Origin: a virus | Length of the DNA: 44,415 nt | IMG/VR virus record: IMGVR_UViG_3300037420_000784 | Span: 1 to 44,415 of that record | Direction: 5' to 3' (one strand) | In this document: piece by piece, positions 16,646 through 23,533 of the stretch | Layout of the letters: every line of letters starts with the position of its first letter | How positions within the stretch are numbered: the stretch's first letter is position 1 | Made by a program: the position numbers and the translations under genes | The notes under the pieces: generated by a model | The model's input: the letters and a program-made list of their open reading frames with translations, nothing else | Told to the model about the DNA's origin: nothing | The model's database searches: none

Positions 16646-17045
16646 CGTTGGTACCTTCGCCAAGGAAGGCTTTTCGCTGATCCCCAAGGACTTCGATGCG
16701 CGATCGATCATCGGGCGCTTGAAGGAAGGGGATCGCCTGTTCGTCGAGGTTTGGAAGCCTCGCAACATGGCGCAGCACCGAGCCTACTTCGCGATGCTGA
16801 ACAATGTCGTTCAGGCATCGGGCATGTGGTCCTCGCGCGAGGCGCTGGAATACGAACTCGCCCTGGCCCTTCAGCGCGGCCACTTCGTCGAGCTTCGCAA
16901 CGGCAAGCGCCGCTTTGAGCCCGATAGTCGCTCGGTCGCCAGCATGAAGAAGGAGGACTTCGAACGCCTCCACAACGACACCGTAGCCCTGCTGACCGAA
17001 TGGCTGGGCTGCGATCCCGAGATGCTTCGCGAGGAAGCAGCGTGA
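16638..17045 (+). CDS. hypothetical protein (135 aa)
   Basis: AAGGAG lies 8 nt upstream. Confidence 0.5.
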   Translation: MRDVGTFAKEGFSLIPKDFDARSIIGRLKEGDRLFVEVWKPRNMAQHRAYFAMLNNVVQASGMWSSREALEYELALALQRGHFVELRNGKRRFEPDSRSVASMKKEDFERLHNDTVALLTEWLGCDPEMLREEAA

Positions 17046-17073
17046 CCCCTTCAAATCACTCAGGACCATCCTC

Positions 17074-17874
17074 ATGACAAACGATATAGCCGAGACAGCG
17101 GCTGAACTTGAGGGCTACATCGCCCGTCGCCGCGATTGGTCGAGCAAAACATCTATGATGTCGATCCCTCAGCCAGTGATCGAGCGGACGATAGTCGTAT
17201 TGAGAGGCCTCGCCACACAATCACCAGCATCGCTGGAGCGGGAGGCACTGTCGGACAATGCCGATGATGATCTCGCATATGTGAAACAAACGCTGGTGAT
17301 GCTGTTCGAAAAACGCAGCAAGTTGCGCGACGGCGTCCTAGCATCACGCATAAATATCGCCGCCCATCGCCTCGAAGACGCGCGACGGAAGCTCACCACC
17401 CCGCCATCGGATCACATTGCCAGCCCGGAGGGGGAGGAGATCACGCGCGTTCTCAAAGCGGAACTCGACCGCCAATGCAGTATCGGTGCCGGATCGTTTC
17501 ACGTCGAGCACGAAACCGGCTTGTGGGAGTTGGCTGCCGACATCGATCCGAACGGCCTGCGTCGGGCCCTACTTCGCGCTCTAGCCACCCCCTCTCCAGC
17601 CCAGCAGAGCTTATCCTCTGACCGGGAGAGGTTAGCGCGGACGCTGTACACTGCTTGGTACAAGACCCTAGATTGGGATAATGAGCAGGCGCAGCGGGAT
17701 ATTTGGTATCGCCTAGCCGACGCAGTTCTAGCCCTCGGGGTAAGATCAAGTTGCGGCACTTATGGGGAGGAGCCGACCTATCAAGGTTGCCACCGCCCCC
17801 CAGAAGGCTGGTGGTGCTCTCGCCCATTTGGGCATGAGGGCCCTTGCCCGACGCGTCGATTGGGTGAAATGTGA
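17074..17874 (+). CDS. hypothetical protein (266 aa) with Cys/His-rich C-terminus
   Basis: The C-terminus reads CGTYGEEPTYQGCHRPPEGWWCSRPFGHEGPCP. Confidence 0.5.
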   Translation: MTNDIAETAAELEGYIARRRDWSSKTSMMSIPQPVIERTIVVLRGLATQSPASLEREALSDNADDDLAYVKQTLVMLFEKRSKLRDGVLASRINIAAHRLEDARRKLTTPPSDHIASPEGEEITRVLKAELDRQCSIGAGSFHVEHETGLWELAADIDPNGLRRALLRALATPSPAQQSLSSDRERLARTLYTAWYKTLDWDNEQAQRDIWYRLADAVLALGVRSSCGTYGEEPTYQGCHRPPEGWWCSRPFGHEGPCPTRRLGEM

Positions 17875-18698
17875 TGGGACGCATTTCACCTCCGAGCGCC
17901 ATCGCAAAAAGCCGCACCGCACCTTTCTTGGCTCAGTACACGGCAGGCACGGCATCGATTCGCCATATCCTCGCCAAAGCTTACGAACTGGGTGTCAAGG
18001 ACAGCGCGCAAGCTCTAGCCGACCAGCAGAGCGGGGAACTGCGGGAGGCTTGGGACCGCGTCATGGTCGGCGGGAACCACTTGGCCAACGTGTTGATCGC
18101 GAAACTCGGCCCATACTTCCCTTCAAAGTGGCCGCCCGAGATGCACCCAGAAGAGGCGATCCGCACGCTCTGTGCAACCGTAGAGTATGACGTGTGGTGT
18201 TGCTGGCGAGCAATCATGCTGAGCCGCCAAGCCCTCGCATCCACCCCATCGTCTTCTCCATCAGAGATGGGACGGGAAGCGATTATTGCTGCGATCAAGG
18301 CACGACGGGAAGAGCTGCAGACATGGCCTTTGACCGAGGGCCAGATCGCAGACGCCATCCTCGCCATGCTCTCCGCCACTCCCGCCGCTGTTAAGGGGGG
18401 TGAAGTACAGCAAGAACAAGAGGTTATGGGCGGCGCTGACGCGCAACCTGCCCTAGTCGCTTCGCTCCCCGAGCCCGAAACGGTCTCGGCCCATTCGGGT
18501 GACGGTCAGGCGCAGGGATGGTCGCCTGAACGCGAGGCATATTACCTAGCGCTGATCAGCGCGATTGACGGCACCGGCATCTCTCCGGGGTTCGCGCGTG
18601 TCAGCCACCAATGCGCGGATGGGTTCGAAATCACGCTGACGATACCCCAATCCATAGTCGATGAGCACGCCGCCTCACCATCGGAGGAAGTCCAATGA
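17871..18698 (+). CDS. hypothetical protein (275 aa)
   Basis: Coupled start GTGATG overlapping the upstream stop. Confidence 0.5.
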   Translation: MMGRISPPSAIAKSRTAPFLAQYTAGTASIRHILAKAYELGVKDSAQALADQQSGELREAWDRVMVGGNHLANVLIAKLGPYFPSKWPPEMHPEEAIRTLCATVEYDVWCCWRAIMLSRQALASTPSSSPSEMGREAIIAAIKARREELQTWPLTEGQIADAILAMLSATPAAVKGGEVQQEQEVMGGADAQPALVASLPEPETVSAHSGDGQAQGWSPEREAYYLALISAIDGTGISPGFARVSHQCADGFEITLTIPQSIVDEHAASPSEEVQ

Positions 18699-18877
18699 CC
18701 TCTATCCAAAGAGCCCGTCGCAAGGTGCCTGGAGCATTTCGACGCATGCCCGTCTATCACCATGATGAGGGCACGCGCTGCCCTGACTGCGATCGCCAGC
18801 AATGGAACGTCGGACGCGTATCCGCTGAGTGCGCATTCTGCGGTGCCATCCTCCCCTTTGCGAGGGAAGCGGCATGA
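18695..18877 (+). CDS. zinc-ribbon protein (60 aa)
   Basis: CPDC...CAFC cysteine pairs with a GGAGGAAG RBS. Confidence 0.5.
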   Translation: MTSIQRARRKVPGAFRRMPVYHHDEGTRCPDCDRQQWNVGRVSAECAFCGAILPFAREAA

Positions 18878-19164
18878 GCGACGATCATGACAAAGCGGTC
18901 GAACGCCGCGGGTACGCTAAGGGTTACTTCGCGGCCCGGAAACGCGGGGATCGTGACGACCTTGCTGCAGAGATCCGCGGTCGGCGGGATGCCTTCCGAC
19001 AAGAGGTGTTTCTGGCGATCCTACCGACTTTGGTTTCGCAAGGAACTTGGGGAGTAAAGGACCCTGTGACCGGTGAGCATAAGCCGTGGACTACGACTGA
19101 GCAATTTGTGAGCGGCGCTTGGCGGTTCGCAGATAAAGCAGCAGAAGGGACAACATTCTCATGA
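18874..19164 (+). CDS. hypothetical protein (96 aa)
   Basis: ATGA overlap with a GAGGGAAG RBS. Confidence 0.45.
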   Translation: MSDDHDKAVERRGYAKGYFAARKRGDRDDLAAEIRGRRDAFRQEVFLAILPTLVSQGTWGVKDPVTGEHKPWTTTEQFVSGAWRFADKAAEGTTFS

Positions 19165-19194
19165 ACACTTTCTGTTCGAGGGAAGCGGCCTGAC

Positions 19195-19518
19195 ATGACT
19201 GCGCCCCGCCCCTTCAGTCCGGAGACGCTTTCTGAGCGCTGGGGTTGCAGCGCGGAGAAAGTCCGGCGCATGTACCACGATGGCGAGCTTTCCGGGTTCC
19301 GGCTCGGCAAGCTGATTCGCATCACTGCCAACGAGGTCGAGCGCTACGAGTGTCAGAATACCGAATTGTCGAACACCGCGGAAGATTCTCCCTCGCCTAC
19401 AACGACGACGAGCGAGGACGCGTTCGAATTGCGCTTGGCACGGATGACCGCGGGATCGCGGAGGCTCGCGCTCGCGACATCTGGCGCACCCGCACTACGC
19501 CCCAAAGCGAGCGGGTAG
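19195..19518 (+). CDS. xis: excisionase-family HTH protein
   Basis: The segment LSERWGCSAEKVRRMYHDGELSGFRLGKLIRITANEVERYE matches the MerR/AlpA-type excisionase HTH. It lies directly upstream of int. Its tail overlaps the int reading frame. Confidence 0.6.
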   Translation: MTAPRPFSPETLSERWGCSAEKVRRMYHDGELSGFRLGKLIRITANEVERYECQNTELSNTAEDSPSPTTTTSEDAFELRLARMTAGSRRLALATSGAPALRPKASG

Positions 19519-20318
19519 CGGACCTATGGCCTGTCTATGTCGCCGATCGCCAACGGGAGGTCTCTCGCAAGGACAGGTTCGACAGCCTGTGGAAGGCCCT
19601 CGCCCCGCATTTCGGGCACCGACTGGGCACCGCCATATCCCGCGACGATTGCCGGGAATACCACAAGGCGCGCAAGCGGGCGGGCAAGAGCAACAGTACC
19701 GTCAAGACCGAGCTGGAGTTTCTCCGCGCGTGCCTGCGCTTCCACTACAAGGCCAATGCGCCGAGCATATGGATGCCGCCGGACAGCAAGCCCCGAGAGC
19801 GCTATCTGAACGAAGCCGAGCGCGACAAGCTGCTGGCGTCGATCGACGCGCCGCACGTCAAGCTGTTCGTCATCCTGGCACTGACCACCGGAGCGCGAAT
19901 GAGCGCGTTGCTGGACCTGACATGGGATCGCGTCGACCTCAATGTGGGTACCGTGGATCTGAACCCCGCCGGCCGGGAGATCACCAACAAGCGCCGCACC
20001 ATCGTCAAGCTGAACGAGCGGGCGATAAACGCCCTGCGCGAGGCACGGGAAGCGCGCCAGACAGATCATGTGATCGAATATGGCCGGGAGCCGGTCAAGA
20101 GCATCCGCAAGGCCATACGGGCGGCGGCGGCACGTTCTGGGGTCCCATGCTCCCCGCACGTCTTCCGGCACACGGCTGGCGTATGGATGGCGAATGCCAA
20201 TGTCTCTATGGATCGGATCGCGCAGCGGCTGGGAACGACCGTCCGGATAGCCGAGAAGCACTATGCTAGGTTTAGCCCATCGTACCAGCAAGAGGCTGCA
20301 GACGCGCTCAACTGGTAG
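19350..20318 (+). CDS. int: tyrosine integrase
   Basis: Catalytic pattern TTGARMSALLDLTW (Arg), HVFRHTAGVWM (His-x-x-Arg) and EKHYARF (Tyr). The start is unresolved. GTG 19350 is proposed, while the track ORF reaches back to 19245. Confidence 0.85.
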   Translation: MSEYRIVEHRGRFSLAYNDDERGRVRIALGTDDRGIAEARARDIWRTRTTPQSERVADLWPVYVADRQREVSRKDRFDSLWKALAPHFGHRLGTAISRDDCREYHKARKRAGKSNSTVKTELEFLRACLRFHYKANAPSIWMPPDSKPRERYLNEAERDKLLASIDAPHVKLFVILALTTGARMSALLDLTWDRVDLNVGTVDLNPAGREITNKRRTIVKLNERAINALREAREARQTDHVIEYGREPVKSIRKAIRAAAARSGVPCSPHVFRHTAGVWMANANVSMDRIAQRLGTTVRIAEKHYARFSPSYQQEAADALNW

Positions 20319-20333
20319 CTCGGCCGGTTCCGC

Positions 20334-20355
20334 GGTACCACCCGAACCTCTCGGG
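20334..20355 (+). repeat. attP arm-type repeat GGTACCACCCGAACCTCTCGGG
   Basis: A 21/22 direct repeat of 20533..20554. The two copies flank the tRNA-like core. Confidence 0.6.
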
Positions 20356-20382
20356 CAACCCTCGGAAACCCGCAGAAATGCG

Positions 20383-20430
20383 TGGTGGGCGCTGAGAGAC
20401 TTGAACTCCCGACCCTCTCGGTGTAAACGG
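20383..20430 (-). other. attP core: 3' fragment of a tRNA-Val(UAC)-like gene (anticodon loop to CCA)
   Basis: The minus strand reads CCG TTTACAC CGAGA GGGTC GGGAG TTCAAGT CTCTC AGCGCCC A CCA. It contains a T-arm, a 3' acceptor strand, CCA and a 7-nt loop with TAC. There is no matching 5' acceptor strand or D-arm upstream. Confidence 0.65.
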
Positions 20431-20532
20431 TAGGGACGCCAGCCAATCTGGGATTTTCTTGCCAACAAACGACGGGATTTCGCCACTTTAGGCCGGTTTC
20501 GTTCCGATTGCGTTCGCGTCAGTGGTACATCT

Positions 20533-20554
20533 GGTACCAGCCGAACCTCTCGGG
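20533..20554 (+). repeat. attP arm-type repeat GGTACCAGCCGAACCTCTCGGG
   Basis: Partner of 20334..20355. Confidence 0.6.
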
Positions 20555-20558
20555 AAAT

Positions 20559-20711
20559 TCAGCCCTGTTTGCGTCGCTCCAGCTCACGCTCCACTGCCTG
20601 GCGGATGAACTGTGCCCGCCCGTACGTGCCCGCCAGCGCATCGATCTGCGCGACCACATCGGGCGGTAGCCTTACCGGCAGCACCTTCATGTTGAGCGGC
20701 GGGCGTCCCAT
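20559..20711 (-). CDS. ribbon-helix-helix (CopG/Arc-like) regulator
   Basis: 50 aa from ATG 20711. The sequence MGRPPLNMKVLPVRLPPDVVAQIDALAGTYGRAQFIRQAVERELERRK follows a beta-strand then helix-helix pattern. The track ORF uses an upstream TTG. Confidence 0.6.
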   Translation of the reverse strand: MGRPPLNMKVLPVRLPPDVVAQIDALAGTYGRAQFIRQAVERELERRKQG

Positions 20712-20767
20712 GGGCCGCGGCTTAGCCAAGGTTTCTGTCTCAGGCAAGAAAACGATACTCTTTTCTG

Positions 20768-20800
20768 TTGACCGGCTAAACAATGTCGTTTACATAAACG
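20768..20800 (+). promoter_or_regulatory. candidate promoter (TTGACC-17-TACATA) with 14-bp palindrome CGTTTACATAAACG
   Basis: Lies in an A+T-rich divergent intergenic region. The palindrome at 20787..20800 overlaps the -10 candidate and could be the RHH operator. Confidence 0.4.
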
Positions 20801-20823
20801 GTATTCTTTACGGAGGCAAGCAC

Positions 20824-20946
20824 ATGGTTCAGATCATCGAAATCCAGGAAGCCTACGGCACCGATTTCTATGTCTATCGCGGTGAGACGCTGGTGCGGGT
20901 TTGCCCCTCTCTGGGTATGGCTCGTGAAGTGGCTGCTGGCTTGTGA
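20824..20946 (+). CDS. microprotein (40 aa) leading the accessory operon
   Basis: GGAGG lies 7 nt upstream. GTGA coupling to the C5-methyltransferase gene. Confidence 0.45.
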   Translation: MVQIIEIQEAYGTDFYVYRGETLVRVCPSLGMAREVAAGL

Positions 20947-21617
20947 ACCGTCCAAAGCTTCTCGACCTGTTCTGCTGCGCTGGCGGTGCCGCGATGGGCT
21001 ATCATCTGGCCGGCTTCGATGTGGTTGGCGTAGATAAGGTGCGCCGGCCGCGGTACCCGTTCGAGTTCATACAGGCGGACGTGCTGGACCTGTATCCGGC
21101 TTTCGTCGCGGGGTTCGATGCGGTGCACGCAAGTCCGCCGTGCCAGAAGCACACCAGCATGAAAACGATGCCAGACGCTCGGGAACATGTCGACCTGATA
21201 CCCGAGACGCGCGCGCTTCTGAAGCTCGCTGGCATCCCCTACGTGATCGAGAACGTTGTCGGCGCGCGCGCCCATCTAGTCCGCCCGACGCTCTTCTGCG
21301 GCTCTATGTTCGGGCTCGGCGCCAAAGGTGCGCAACTTCAACGTCATCGCCTGTTCGAGGCCAGCTTCTTCCTGATGTCGCCCGGCGAGTGTGCTCACAG
21401 CGCGCCGACTATCGGCATCTATGGCGAGGGCTGTCGGGACAGCCGGCGTAAGTACGACAAGACCATTCCTGAGTTCACCGTGGAGGATGGCCGCATCGCT
21501 ATGGGCATGCCCTGGGCATCGATCGCTGAGCTGTGTGAGGCGATCCCGCCAGCCTACACCGAGTTCATCGGGCGGCAGCTTCTCGCTCACATCGAAGCGC
21601 GAAGGCTTGCAGCATGA
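20943..21617 (+). CDS. miniature DNA (cytosine-5) methyltransferase, orphan
   Basis: 224 aa with motif I LDLFCCAGGAAMG, motif IV SPPCQ, motif VI ENV, motif VIII LQRHRLF, and IX/X-like FTVEDGRIAMGMPW and EAIPPAYTEFIG. The variable region is very short. Confidence 0.8.
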   Translation: MNRPKLLDLFCCAGGAAMGYHLAGFDVVGVDKVRRPRYPFEFIQADVLDLYPAFVAGFDAVHASPPCQKHTSMKTMPDAREHVDLIPETRALLKLAGIPYVIENVVGARAHLVRPTLFCGSMFGLGAKGAQLQRHRLFEASFFLMSPGECAHSAPTIGIYGEGCRDSRRKYDKTIPEFTVEDGRIAMGMPWASIAELCEAIPPAYTEFIGRQLLAHIEARRLAA

Positions 21618-21647
21618 TATCCCGCCTCAACGAGCATGGAGGGTTTG

Positions 21648-21896
21648 ATGGGCTCCTATGATGGTTACGTTTACCCGGAATGGTCGGGGTTGAACGATGA
21701 CGACAAATCCCTTTCTGTTGAAGATGCACTGAAGCATGCAATCAACAGCGTGCGATATATTTGGCGGGAAAGCGGCGAACAGCGGGCAAGCAAGGAGGTC
21801 CTAGCGCGGCACATCACTGGCTCCGAGTGCATCTCTCTTCTGTTCGCGCTTGAGGGCGCAATTCGGATGCTCCCGCCGGCCCAACCCCCTGCTTGA
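21648..21896 (+). CDS. hypothetical protein (82 aa)
   Basis: ATG at 21648 with GGAGGG 4 nt upstream. The track start is 21636. Confidence 0.45.
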   Translation: MGSYDGYVYPEWSGLNDDDKSLSVEDALKHAINSVRYIWRESGEQRASKEVLARHITGSECISLLFALEGAIRMLPPAQPPA

Positions 21897-21925
21897 CCAC
21901 TCTCTATAGCATGGAAGGAATGTCA

Positions 21926-22033
21926 ATGACTTACGGGCGATCCCTACGGGCCGGGCTACCCGTGCTCCGCACCGAGCCCTTCGGTCTCGGCCATTCGGCG
22001 GGTATCCCTATCGCGTGGAAAGACGGACGATGA
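21926..22033 (+). CDS. microprotein (35 aa)
   Basis: GGAAGGA lies 6 nt upstream. ATGA overlap with the next start. Contains the 21-nt repeat. Confidence 0.35.
   Translation: MTYGRSLRAGLPVLRTEPFGLGHSAGIPIAWKDGR
21972..21992 (+). repeat. 21-nt exact repeat / hairpin (partner at 13344..13364)
   Basis: Identical CCGAGCCCTTCGGTCTCGGCC. CTTACGGG also lies upstream at both loci (13311, 21930). Confidence 0.7.
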
Positions 22034-22260
22034 GCGAAGCCTTTGAGAAATTACTCGATACTCTCGAACTGCTTTCGAAAGCCGGCGAGTACAAGCCCGA
22101 ACCAGCGGAGGCGCGGAGCCTAAGCACGGCGCTTCAGGAGTTGCTCAGCGTATATGCCAAGCGCGGCTTTGCAGAGGGCGAAGAAGCGCAATGGTCCTAT
22201 CGTGGCGTATTGGGGAATTGGGATCTCATTCTGCGCCCCGCCCCTCCATCCAAGGACTGA
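22030..22260 (+). CDS. hypothetical protein (76 aa)
   Basis: ATG at 22030, coupled to the upstream microORF. Confidence 0.45.
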   Translation: MSEAFEKLLDTLELLSKAGEYKPEPAEARSLSTALQELLSVYAKRGFAEGEEAQWSYRGVLGNWDLILRPAPPSKD

Positions 22261-22262
22261 AC

Positions 22263-22508
22263 ATGTCTGAGATGATCGAACGCGACGAGATATATTCCCG
22301 CCTGGAAGCCGCGGCGATCGATCTTTCAGATGCGTTGACTGGCGGGGGATCTTTCGCGATTCACGGTGCGGACCCCTTCGACATCTTGGAGGCTTCGCGC
22401 CGAAGGGATGCGCGCCTAATATCGTCGGTGATCGCCATGCATGATATGCTCCGGGAATTGGACAGGCGGCGCAAAAATCCCGACGCAGCTCTAGGAGATC
22501 AACCATGA
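22263..22508 (+). CDS. hypothetical protein (81 aa)
   Basis: ATG at 22263 with AAGGA upstream. The track ORF's N-terminal extension overlaps the previous gene. Confidence 0.45.
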   Translation: MSEMIERDEIYSRLEAAAIDLSDALTGGGSFAIHGADPFDILEASRRRDARLISSVIAMHDMLRELDRRRKNPDAALGDQP

Positions 22509-22699
22509 CGGATACGGTAGAGCGGCTGGAGTTCCTCGCCAGACAGGATGCGCAGGCGGCTGCGAACGCTGCCTGCTGCGGCTCGCATTGGTATGAATAC
22601 TATGGGGACGCTTTGGCCTCCCGGCAGCGGGGTGAAGCGCTGCCAATCCGTGCTGGGCTATATTCTGTCGTCAACGTTGTGCTCTGCAGGTTTTGGTGA
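22505..22699 (+). CDS. hypothetical protein (64 aa)
   Basis: ATGA coupling. Confidence 0.45.
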   Translation: MTDTVERLEFLARQDAQAAANAACCGSHWYEYYGDALASRQRGEALPIRAGLYSVVNVVLCRFW

Positions 22700-22733
22700 C
22701 CCTCTCCCCTACCCCGTCGCCGATAGGAGATAG

Positions 22734-22982
22734 ATGATGCCAATGGGCAATCCGAAGCCGTGTGACTGGCAGCAGATCACCGAAGAAGAATATTATGCGC
22801 TCGGCGGCAAGGAGGGCGGCGGGTTCATGGGCTGTGTGTTTTGCTATGATGCGGAGGGGGAATTACTCGGCAGGCGTAGCTTTGACGATGGCGACTTGGG
22901 GCCGACGATCTGGCAATACCACAAGGCTATTCCGCCCGGTCCTAACGACCGGCCCATACTAGGCGAACGCAGGTACAAATGA
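22734..22982 (+). CDS. hypothetical protein (82 aa)
   Basis: AGGAG RBS. Confidence 0.45.
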   Translation: MMPMGNPKPCDWQQITEEEYYALGGKEGGGFMGCVFCYDAEGELLGRRSFDDGDLGPTIWQYHKAIPPGPNDRPILGERRYK

Positions 22983-23224
22983 AAGCTGCCATGATCGACC
23001 GCCGCAGACCTTTCGAGATCTGGATCGAAGGCTATGCTGCGACTGGTGGCCATGGCGAGGCGTCCATGCTTGGCGTTGGCTACGGTGACACCTTTGAAGC
23101 CGCTGCCCACGAACTAGGCCATCGCCTCGGCCGCCAGTTCAAGACAAACGAAGCTGGAGCCCTTCATGATTGGGGATGCCGGCTTTTCGACAATGAGCAG
23201 GACGCACGGAAAGGGTTCGACTGA
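22979..23224 (+). CDS. hypothetical protein (81 aa)
   Basis: ATGA coupling. Confidence 0.45.
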   Translation: MKAAMIDRRRPFEIWIEGYAATGGHGEASMLGVGYGDTFEAAAHELGHRLGRQFKTNEAGALHDWGCRLFDNEQDARKGFD

Positions 23225-23356
23225 GGCCCATTCCCCCTTGGCGCGCCAGTGTTGACTTGTAGGTTTCCACAATCGACCACCGTTCCGTCGCAGGCGGTCT
23301 CCTTCTGAGTCGCGTTAGATCGGACCGTCTGCGGCATCGGCGACGAGAGGGTAATC

Positions 23357-23533
23357 ATGTTGTGGCTATATCTGGGGCTGGTGGTCTGTCTGGTCGGAGC
23401 CCTGATTATCAGTATGCGTAGGGCGCCTGGAGAAACCGGCACCTCACCTGTCGCGATTGTCCTGATCTGCGTATTCGTAGGCGTGTTCCTGGCCGGCGCA
23501 GGGCTGCTTCTTAAGGCTATGTCGCTTGGCTGA
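23357..23533 (+). CDS. membrane microprotein (58 aa, two TM)
   Basis: Hand translation gives MLWLYLGLVVCLVGALIISMRRAPGETGTSPVAIVLICVFVGVFLAGAGLLLKAMSLG. GAGAGGG RBS. Its end converges on and overlaps the 3' end of the acyltransferase gene by 17 nt. Confidence 0.5.
   Translation: MLWLYLGLVVCLVGALIISMRRAPGETGTSPVAIVLICVFVGVFLAGAGLLLKAMSLG

Noticed and set aside
20383-20470. Possibility of a complete tRNA gene
   Set aside because: Only the 3' portion (anticodon loop to CCA) is tRNA-like. No complementary 5' acceptor strand (GGGCGCT) or D-arm exists upstream. It is interpreted as an att core fragment.
19524-20486. 320-aa minus-strand ORF covering int and attP
   Set aside because: Antisense to the integrase catalytic domain. 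It runs through the tRNA-like core and has an Arg/Pro/Gly-rich composition.
23225-23356. TTGACT at about 23261 as a promoter, and an imperfect 11-bp inverted repeat (23295..23333) as a terminator
   Set aside because: No acceptable -10 box at 16-18 nt spacing. The hairpin has a mismatch, a long loop and no U-run. The evidence is too weak to report as a feature.
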